Shown: positions 1-7,671 of the stretch, piece by piece | How the letters are laid out: each line of letters begins with the position of its first letter | How positions within the stretch are numbered: position 1 is the first letter of the stretch | Source: Octopus sinensis | Lineage: Eukaryota | DNA length: 23,010 bases | Assembly: GCF_006345805.1 (NCBI RefSeq) | Contig: NW_021836711.1 | Coordinates: forward strand, 1-23,010 | Reading direction: 5' to 3' | Position numbers and translations under genes: made by a program | The notes under the pieces: generated by a model | Database searches by the model: none | Seen by the model: only the letters and a program-made list of their open reading frames with translations | What the model was told of the DNA's origin: nothing

Positions 1-13
1 CCTAGAAAGACAT

Positions 14-408
14 TTAGCAATGTATTTTTCTATAGTTGTATTTAGGCACCATTGCCCATTCGATTAAAGAGTTGTTGTTTGCTATAGTATATCCGGGTGT
101 AGGTGGTTTATCTGGAATTTGTTGGAGATATTCATCCAGGAACTTTTTGAAGGTTATGAAATCTTAAAAATGCTAAGAAGAGCAGGTCCAGTTGGGGAGT
201 GGTTCAGTCTTAGTTTTTGTGATGTGCTGAAAGTACGATTTCTGTAGAGGACACATGGCACACGGGGACCAAGCCTTGGGTGGATTTTAAAAGTGATACC
301 GACATCATTTGGCTAATACTGTCGGAACAATCTCCACATACAAATTATAAAGCGTTCTCGGCGGTGTTGGAGAGAATACCGTTTGAGATTCGCGAGTCGA
401 TCATAGTA
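14..408 (-). mobile_element. Degenerate 3' end of ORF2 of a CR1/L2-type non-LTR retrotransposon (LINE)
   Basis: Minus-strand translation gives YYDRLANLKRYSLQHRRERFIICMWRLFRQY*PNDVGITFKIHPRLGPR, then after a disrupted stretch FKKFLDEYLQQIPDKPPTPGYTIANNNSLIEWA. This matches the 'RL..L.LYSL.RRRER...W' and 'FK..LD..L..IPD.P...GY....NSL' motifs at the C-terminus of CR1/L2-group ORF2. It contains an internal stop. Confidence 0.75.
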
Positions 409-432
409 ATATATATATAGCCACTACACACA

Positions 433-603
433 TTTTTTTTCTCTTCTTGTTTCTCTCCTTGTTTTTTCTGTGTCCCTTTCTGTAGAAGAGCGTAAACTCG
501 AAACGTAAAAGACTTTTTCTATTCTTTGAGCGTTATACTGATACATCTGTTTGTTTTGTACACCACCTGTCTTCGTCTTTTGTTTTTTTTCGTAAACTCT
601 CCC
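433..603 (+). mobile_element. Penelope-like element terminus with a degenerate minimal hammerhead-like motif (476-511)
   Basis: cttt-CTGTAGA-agag-cgtaaa-ctc-GAAA-cgta-aaag, followed by a T-rich tail. Clearly homologous to 5150-5310. Confidence 0.55.
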
Positions 604-606
604 TAC

Positions 607-835
607 ATATATTATATATATTATATATATATAATATAGATATATATATATATAATATATATATATATATTATATATATATAATGTATATTTTATAGTCT
701 ATTGACTATTTTTTCCTTCTCACTAGACCACTGGTAGCGGAGAATTTTTCTAGAATTTTTCTAAAATTTTTTTTCTTCCCTAAGATAGATATATATATAT
801 TTATCTATTTATTTATTTATATATATATATATATA
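607..835. repeat. (TA)n-rich microsatellite tracts (607-690, 785-835) with an intervening AT-rich segment
   Basis: Direct inspection. Confidence 0.85.
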
Positions 836-837
836 AT

Positions 838-1065
838 GCTCTTACCTTAGTTTTTCCTTGGGGTTGGCCAGATTGGAGCAATCTCGAGTATAACCAGCCG
901 AAATTGCAAAGATAATCTGGAACTCGTCTAAGGATAGAAAACTCCGAATGACCCGTCTTTGTTTTCTTTGTATCACCTGTCTGGATGTTTTGCGTTCTTG
1001 TCCCATTTTTTTTGTATTTTTTATATATTTAAAAATATAGCGGCGTACGTACACTTTGGTCTCTT
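838..1065 (+). mobile_element. Uncharacterised interspersed-repeat terminus, possibly Penelope-like
   Basis: Layout resembles 21393-21620(-): GAAA, about 25 nt, a CTNAGGA motif, then a T-rich 'ttttctttgtatcacctgtctggatgttttgcgttcttg' tail. No coding homology seen. Confidence 0.3.
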
Positions 1066-1084
1066 ATATGTAAGTATATGTATA

Positions 1085-1100
1085 TACATACATATATATT

Positions 1101-1148
<48 letters not shown>

Positions 1149-1165
1149 TGTGTGTGTGTGTGTGT
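1085..1165. repeat. (TA)n/(TG)n microsatellite
   Basis: Direct inspection. Confidence 0.95.
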
Positions 1166-1250
1166 AACTGCGTGCACCTTGGGTAGGTGTCTTCAACTAT
1201 AACCTCCGGTCAAACAAAGCCTTGTGCGTGTATTTGATAGACGGGAACTG

Positions 1251-1568
1251 GGCGTTCCTTCGTTTTAACTCGACAAAACCATAAGAAGCTGTCGGTTGTT
1301 TCCGTGACAACTAGACAATTCACTTCGGATATCTTCGTGATCTCCGAAAATTTGCGGATTTTAAATACACACACGAAGCAGGTAAGAACAAATATGCAAG
1401 GCTTTTTTGCTGGCATAAATTCGTTATATCTATATTCCACAACACATAAATGCATAAAAACAGAACACGGCACACTGTCACGGAGCTCACCAAGATTTCC
1501 AAGGTGAATTGTCGAGTTGACACGGAAACAACCGAGGTCTTGTTATGTTTTTGTCGAGTAGGAACGCC
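1251..1568. mobile_element. MITE, 318 bp, with about 90-bp imperfect TIRs (5'-GGCGTTCCT...AGGAACGCC-3') and an 8-bp TSD
   Basis: 1251-1346 is the reverse complement of 1481-1568 at roughly 80% identity by eye. The flanks gggaactg (1243-1250) and ggaaattg (1569-1576) are each one change from the single SINE A motif ggaaactg. Confidence 0.8.
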
Positions 1569-1609
1569 GGAAATTGAAACAGGCCCGTCATATATACATA
1601 TATATGTAT

Positions 1610-1835
1610 ACTCTCTTTTTTATTCTTTTTACTCTTTTTACTTGTTTCAGTCAATTAACTGTGGCCATGCTGGAGCACCGCCTTTAGTCGAGCAAATCGA
1701 CCCAAGGACTTATTCTTTGGAAGCCTAGCACTTATTGTATCGGTCTCTTTTGCCGAACCGCTAAGTTACGGGGACGTAAACACACCAGCATCGGTTATCA
1801 AGCGATGTTGGGAGGACAAACACAGACACACAAAT
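1610..1835 (-). mobile_element. SINE family A, 3' half
   Basis: Reverse complement of ...ggtgctccagcatggccacagttaattgactgaaacaagtaaaagagta, matching 10240-10432. Confidence 0.85.
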
Positions 1836-2387
1836 AAAACAAATATATATATATATACAGATATATATTTATATGCATATATGTGTGTGTGTGTTTCTTT
1901 GTCCTCCACCACTGCTTGACAACTTAGCAGTTCGACAAAAGGGACCTGTGGTTTGAGGCTTAGAAAATTGAAGTAACAGAGTCGATTTGCCGCTCAAATA
2001 AAAACCTTCAAACCGGAGCTCAGGCATGGTCGCAGTCCAATGACTGAAACAAGCAAAAGATGACAAGCCAATGTCAAGAGCCATAACGTTTTATGTGCAT
2101 GCTTATATGTGCGTGTATATGCATGTGTGCGTGTGTGAGCGTCTGTATTCGTGTGTATGTATGTGTATGCGTGTGTTTCTCTCTATTTTCTTCGTTGTCT
2201 CCCTTTGCTCTCCCTCGTTCCCTCTCTATTGTCTTACTAACTTTCCTCTCACCGTCCCTCACTATTTGCTCCTTCCTCTAACGCATTTATCTACCTCTCA
2301 CTCTTCACTCGACACTCATTTTCCTTATGGCTATCTACCTGTGTCTGTCTGTCTCTGTTCCTCTTTTCCTCCCCTCTTCCCCATCAC

Positions 2388-2660
2388 ATGACTACCACCG
2401 CCACCTTTCTACATCCGCCTTCCAATACTCCACCCCCCCCAACCACCACTACTACATCATACAACAGCAACAACAACAACAATAACACCGCCACTGCCGC
2501 CGCCTCCACCACCACCACCACCTCCACCACCACCACCTCCACCACCACCACCACCACCACCACCACCACCACCCCCACCTCCACCACATCTTTCACCATG
2601 CAACCACCACCGCCGTCGCCACCCCTGCTTCACCACCACCACCACCACCTCCATTACCAC
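2388..2660. repeat. Low-complexity (ACC/CAC)n and (AAC)n trinucleotide tract
   Basis: Direct inspection. It produces the poly-T/P/H and poly-G/V ORFs in the track. Confidence 0.9.
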
Positions 2661-2667
2661 AACCATA

Positions 2668-2806
2668 TCCTCGTTTGCCCAGGTAAGACCTGTCCAAATA
2701 CACACACACACGCACACACACACTCACACGCACACACACACATACGCAGATATACATACGGACAATGTCCTCCAAAGTATGGCCTAGTCAGATACATACA
2801 CACAGT

Positions 2807-2838
<32 letters not shown>

Positions 2839-2885
2839 AGAGATAGGGGGTTTGTGCCCTCCTCTTTAAGGTCTCTTCGCACAAT
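2668..2885 (-). repeat. Left arm of a diverged inverted repeat (partner 3707-3884)
   Basis: Reverse complement reads tgtgcgaagagaccttaaagaggagggcacaaac...gacattgtccgtatgtatat...ttggacaggtcttacctgggcaaacgagga. Confidence 0.75.
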
Positions 2886-2974
2886 CAGCCACCACCGTCA
2901 CCACCACGTACTCAAATCACCACCACTACACTACAACCACCGCTACTACCATATTAACGTCACAACTAACCAAC

Positions 2975-2986
2975 AAGCCAACCAGC

Positions 2987-3017
<31 letters not shown>

Positions 3018-3058
3018 ACAGACAGACAGACAGACAGCCAGACAGACAGTCAGCCAGC
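2975..3058. repeat. (CCAG)n/(CAGA)n tetranucleotide microsatellite
   Basis: Direct inspection. Confidence 0.85.
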
Positions 3059-3164
3059 CACTCCCTCCTCTATAAATAAGGTGATATTACCTCACCGAAT
3101 TCTGACTCATATTTTAGATGTATTAAAACATCTTTTTGATCAACCGAACCACAACACCTGTCTA

Positions 3165-3490
3165 CCTGTGTGTGAGTGTGTGTGTATGTTTGAGTATGTG
3201 TTTGTGTGTGTGTATGTGTGTGTGTGTGTGTGAGTGCGTGTGTGTATGTGTGCGTGCGTGCGTATGTTTGTGTGTGTATGTGTGCGTGTGTGTGTGTATA
3301 GGTGTGTGTGTGTATAGGTGTGTGTGTGTATAGGTGTGTTTGTGTGTGTGTGTATGTGCGCGTGTGTTTGTGTGTGTGTATGTGTGCGTGTGTGTGTTTG
3401 TGTGTGTATGTGTGCGTATGTGCGTGTGTATAGGTGTGTTTGTGTGTGTGTATGTGAGCACACCTGCTTGTGTGTGTGTGTGTGTGTGGA
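3165..3490. repeat. Degenerate (TG)n tract with recurring tataggtgtg interruptions
   Basis: Direct inspection. Confidence 0.9.
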
Positions 3491-3706
3491 CAGATCTGAC
3501 CTGAGTTGACACGGACAGTGTGAACAGGTCTTAAACTGGCATAGACTCACTCTCGCTCCCCTCTCTCTATCTCTTTCCTCTCTTTCTTTCTCTCTCACTG
3601 CATGTCTGTGTGTGTGTGTGTGTGACTGAACTGGCCTTCCTTTAGAGGACACAGACTGTATGCGTGTGTGTGTATCTGGACACGTCTTACCCGAGTAGAC
3701 GCGGGC

Positions 3707-3884
3707 AATGTGCGAAGAGGCCTTAAAGAGAAGGGCACAAACTCGCTATCTCTCACTCCCCCCTCTCTCTCTCACTGCGTGTATCTGAATTGGCTTTACT
3801 TTAGTGGACGTTGTCCGTATGTATATATGCGTATGTGTGTATGTGAGTGTATGCTTGGACAGGTGTTACCTGACCAAACGAGGA
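3707..3884 (+). repeat. Right arm of the diverged inverted repeat (partner 2668-2885)
   Basis: tgtgcgaagaggccttaaagagaagggcacaaac...gacgttgtccgtatgtatat...ttggacaggtgttacctgaccaaacgagga. Confidence 0.75.
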
Positions 3885-4209
3885 CTGTGTGCACGTAAAA
3901 TTCTAGTTATGGGCCGAGTGTGTGTGCATGAACAAATCCGACCCGAGAGGTCACTGACTGTGTGTGTTTTTGCGTTTGTATGTGTCGCATGTGTAGACAT
4001 GTTTTACGTAGGCAACCAAATGTCTGTGGTTGTGAACAGACTTGACCTAAGAGGAAATAGTTTCGGTGTGTCCAGACTGGCCTTAGTTTGGCAGACAAGG
4101 GTCAGTATGTGTCACAAGTTTTACCTAATGAGATTGAATGATTTTTTTGTTCAGTCTCTTGTAAGTAGCCCCTCCCATAGCGTCTGAGCCACAAGTGGAC
4201 CGTGTGAAT

Positions 4210-4289
4210 TCTGAGGTGCTGCAAGGTATCTGAACCCGGAACCATGTGGTTGGTAAGCAAGCTACTTACTACACAGCCACTCTTGCTCC
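4210..4289 (-). mobile_element. SINE family A tRNA-like head fragment
   Basis: Reverse complement ggagcaagagtggctgtgtagtaagtagcttgcttaccaaccacatggttccgggttca matches the heads at 7255 and 10003. Confidence 0.8.
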
Positions 4290-4291
4290 AA

Positions 4292-4292
<1 letters not shown>

Positions 4293-4365
<73 letters not shown>

Positions 4366-4378
4366 ATATATATATATG
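4293..4378. repeat. (TA)n microsatellite
   Basis: Direct inspection. Confidence 0.95.
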
Positions 4379-4590
4379 TATTATATAAAATCCGTTCTGT
4401 GTGTCTGTGTGTGTGTCTTCTAGGATCCCGGGCATCCTCCATCCGATTGCACTCAAATTTGATATGTAGATATCGACGGTATCAGGGCGTGTATAAGTCT
4501 TGAAAAATTTTTTAAATCGATTCCAGGTGAGAATGTGATCGATAAAGCCGTGGGAACGTGCATTTGTACGCGCAAGTTTAAATGTTTGAC
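4379..4590 (+). mobile_element. Possible non-autonomous Helitron/Helentron-like fragment
   Basis: Layout tatataaaa-tccgttctgtgtgtctgt...atccgattgcactcaaatttgatatgtagata recalls Lep1/DINE-1-type elements (short microsatellite, then 'ccgattt..gaaattt'). No diagnostic CTRR end was identified. Confidence 0.35.
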
Positions 4591-4631
4591 AACGGAGCAC
4601 CGTCAATTGGACGGGGGCGTTTTGCTTGTAT

Positions 4632-4632
<1 letters not shown>

Positions 4633-4681
<49 letters not shown>

Positions 4682-4689
4682 TAATAATA

Positions 4690-4748
<59 letters not shown>
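4633..4748. repeat. (TAA)n followed directly by (TTA)n: palindromic microsatellite
   Basis: About 58-nt arms meet at 4690/4691. Confidence 0.95.
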
Positions 4749-4814
4749 CAATTGGTAGTTAATTTGTTTTGTTTTTGCTTGTGAAATCTCTTTCGCTATT
4801 ACTTGCAACCTTTT

Positions 4815-4908
4815 AACACAAACACACACACAAAACGGGCTTCATTCAGTTTCTGCCTACAAAATCTAGGCTCAAGTCTTTGGTCGGTCTGAGGCTATAG
4901 TAGAAGAT
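4815..4908 (-). mobile_element. SINE family A central fragment
   Basis: Reverse complement ttctactatagcctcagaccgaccaaagacttgagcctagattttgtaggcagaaactgaatgaagcccg matches 10093-10163. Confidence 0.75.
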
Positions 4909-5061
4909 TATAACACAAGAAGATGGAAGAAAGAGGCTTTAATCCAAGCCGCAACAATTGTTTCTGTGCATTAGTACAGTGAAAGTGTTTACCAACCAGT
5001 GCGCAGAAACGATTGTTGGGTTTAGGGTTAGAGCCTGTTCATTTATTTTATTTTTGTGGAC

Positions 5062-5087
5062 ATATACAGACATACATACACACACAA

Positions 5088-5125
<38 letters not shown>

Positions 5126-5149
5126 ACACACACACACATATATATATAT
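5062..5149. repeat. (CA)n/(TA)n microsatellite
   Basis: Direct inspection. Confidence 0.95.
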
Positions 5150-5294
5150 TTATTTTCTCTCCTTGTTTCTGCGTTCCTTTCTGTGGAAGAGCGTGGGCTC
5201 GAAACATTAAAGGTTTTTTCCACTTCCCGAGCGTTATACTAATACATCTGTTTGTTGTCTACACAAACCGTCTTCGTCTATTGTTTTTTGTGAA

Positions 5295-5310
<16 letters not shown>
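5150..5310 (+). mobile_element. Penelope-like element terminus with a degenerate hammerhead-like motif (5176-5213)
   Basis: ccttt-CTGTGGA-agag-cgtggg-ctc-GAAA-catt-aaagg. Homologous to 433-603, including the downstream gagcgttatactaatacatctgtttgtt. Confidence 0.55.
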
Positions 5311-5364
<54 letters not shown>

Positions 5365-5372
5365 GCTTATAA

Positions 5373-5403
<31 letters not shown>

Positions 5404-5570
5404 CCTACTTATATATACATATGTCTACACACACGTATATAACATTATGTACGCATTTACATATATGCGTATGCATATAATACACACACACACATACACA
5501 CATATATATATATATATATATATACGCACATATGTAAAAATGTGTTTAGCGTGCGCGCGCGCGTGTGTAC
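5311..5570. repeat. Compound (CT)/(TA)/(CA)/(CG) microsatellites
   Basis: Direct inspection. Confidence 0.9.
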
Positions 5571-5727
5571 ATAGTCAAAACAGCAAGGTGACCTACAGGT
5601 TAAACAGTGTGCTGTTTTGTTGGTAACTGTTAGCAACTTTGACAGCAAAACTGTCACTTTTGTCATGAAATTCATATAATTTGCTTCATTTTTTTTGCTC
5701 CCCTGAGGGAAAAAAAGGAAGAGTGCA

Positions 5728-5732
<5 letters not shown>

Positions 5733-5800
<68 letters not shown>
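5733..5800. repeat. (GA)n microsatellite
   Basis: Direct inspection. Confidence 0.95.
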
Positions 5801-5802
<2 letters not shown>

Positions 5803-5867
5803 GTGATGGGTCGAGATTGGAAGGTGGAAGAACTGTGACCAGGATGAAAGTTAGGGCGGATAATAGT

Positions 5868-5953
5868 ATATTATTATTATTATTATCATCATCATTATTA
5901 TTATTATTATTATATTATTATTATTATTATTATTATATTATTATTATTATTAT

Positions 5954-5997
<44 letters not shown>

Positions 5998-6045
5998 TAA
6001 TAACAATAATAGTTGGTAATGATGATGTGATGATGATGATGAGCG
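5868..6045. repeat. (TTA)n then (TAA)n palindromic microsatellite, followed by (GAT)n
   Basis: The repeat polarity switches near 5955. Confidence 0.9.
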
Positions 6046-6127
6046 TCAAAAAAAAGAGAAAAATAATGAATTTTATAACAGAGAAATGAGACAAAACGCA
6101 AAATCGCGCACCACCCCACTAACAACC

Positions 6128-6338
6128 ATGTGTATGTATGCGTATATGCGTGTGTTTGTGTGTGCCTGTGTGCGTTTCTGTGTGTATGCTTGTCTGTGTA
6201 TGTGTATATGTGTGTGTGTTTGTTTGTGTGTGTGTGTGTCTATATATATGTTGTATGTGTGTGTATATATATATATTATATATATATGTGTGTGCGTATA
6301 CGTGAATGTACATATATATATATATACACATATATATA

Positions 6339-6376
<38 letters not shown>

Positions 6377-6402
6377 TATATACATACATACATATATATA
6401 TT

Positions 6403-6435
<33 letters not shown>

Positions 6436-6490
6436 CCACACCACACGCAGGCACATATATATATATACACACGCATACACACACAGACAC
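6128..6490. repeat. Compound (TG)/(TA)/(CA) microsatellite
   Basis: Direct inspection. Confidence 0.9.
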
Positions 6491-6829
6491 GTATGGATTA
6501 GAAAAGAGGTTAAATACAATATGAAAGTCGGGGTTAATAAAATGCCCCCCGTTGGACAACATATGGAGTGGAAGTGAGTGAATGTAATATTAAAATATTA
6601 TTACAAAAGGTTTTCAGGAAACATTGCCTGAAGCTGTTACACGCTCCGCCTTTCTCTCGCCCTCTCTCTCTCACATGCATGCAGAGAGAGAGAGAGAAGT
6701 GTGTACAGGTGTTTATAGTTTCATAGAGAGACTGGAAATAATGAGCAAGTCAAAACGAGGTGACGTCAAGGTTTCAGCTTTTAATTGCTAACATCGTAAT
6801 TCCGCATGTCATTGACTCCGTAAACGAAC

Positions 6830-7070
6830 TCACACATACATACACACTCACTCACGCACACGGACGTTTATGCGCGCGCACACGCACTAATACGTGCGTA
6901 CGCTCAAGCATGCACACACACACACAAGCATGCACAAAAGAGTATACACATACACATACAAACATACAAAAGCATACACACACACACACACACGTGTACC
7001 CAGACACACACACACAAGCATACATAGAGAAAAGTATACATACGCACAAAAATGCATATACACTCTCCAA
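6830..7070. repeat. Degenerate (CA)n tract
   Basis: Direct inspection. Confidence 0.8.
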
Positions 7071-7089
7071 TACCTGTGTAATCAACGGC

Positions 7090-7254
7090 CGTCCTTAAAC
7101 CGACCTCCAGGGAGCAGTGTTGTGGAGTACTGACAACCTCACCTCATCAAAGCCGAAGCGGTCCGGTAACTCCTTAATCACTGATCAACTTCAAATTACT
7201 CTAGAATACATAACTTGGGTCCAATCTGCCGAAACTAAAATTCGTCTACTCTAC
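7090..7254 (+). pseudogene. Penelope-like element ORF, fragment 1 (upstream of the RT core)
   Basis: Frameshifted GAVLWSTD / IKAEAVR*LLN resembles the PLE motif (K)GGAVVVWR.D.YI.EA.RQL. Confidence 0.5.
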
Positions 7255-7663
7255 GCAGGAGTGACTGTGTGGTAAGTAGCTTGCTAACCAACCACATGGT
7301 TCCGGGTTCAGTCCCACTGCGTGGCATCTTGGGCAAGTGTATTCTGCTATAGCCCCGGGCCGACCAATGCCTTGTGAGTGGATTTGGTAGACGGAAACTG
7401 AAAGAAGCCTGTCGTATATATGTAATATATATATATGTATGTGTGTGTGTGTGTGTCTGTGTTTGTCCCCCTAGAATTGCTTGACAACCGATGCTGGTGT
7501 GTTTACGTCCCCGTCACTAGCGGTTCGGAAAAAGACACCGATACAATAAGTACTGGGCTTACAAAGAATAAGTCCCGGGGTCGATTTTCTCGACTAAAGG
7601 TGGTGCTCCAGCATGGCCGCAGTCAAATGACTGAAACAAGTAAAAGAGTAAAAGAGTAAAGAG
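7255..7663 (+). mobile_element. SINE family A, near full length (tRNA-like head, central TA/TG tract, (TAAAAGAG)n tail)
   Basis: Head has Pol III A-box-like (tgtggtaagtag) and B-box-like (ggttcagtccc) motifs. Collinear with 10003-10432 and 18530-18912. Possible TSD tactct at 7247-7252 and 7664-7669. Confidence 0.9.
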
Positions 7664-7671
7664 TACTCTTC

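Larger units (their letters stand above)
1167..2062 (+). mobile_element. SINE family A copy (5'-truncated), interrupted by a MITE (1251-1568) and an antisense SINE A (1610-1835)
   Basis: 1167-1250 (actgcgtgcaccttgggtaggtgtcttc...gatagacgggaactg), 1569-1608 (ggaaattgaaacaggcccgtcatatatac) and 1880-2062 (...ggcatggtcgcagtccaatgactgaaacaagcaaaaga) are collinear with the full-length copies at 7255 and 10003. Confidence 0.7.

Noticed and set aside
2388-2846. 152-aa Thr/Pro/His-rich ORF, and the antisense Gly/Val ORFs
   Set aside because: Translation of (ACC)n/(CA)n/(GA)n low-complexity DNA. No non-repetitive coding signal.
3071-3077. TATAAAT as a TATA box
   Set aside because: Very common in AT-rich DNA, with no downstream gene or initiator evidence.
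5575-5730. Strong minus-strand splice acceptor before 5702 with an open frame, and the hairpin tgacag-caaaa-ctgtca
   Set aside because: The pyrimidine tract adjoins a (CT)n microsatellite, no convincing donor follows, and the peptide is unrecognised. A 6-bp hairpin is expected by chance.
6761-6768. Perfect CRE palindrome TGACGTCA
   Set aside because: A single 8-mer in 23 kb is within chance expectation, and there is no promoter context.
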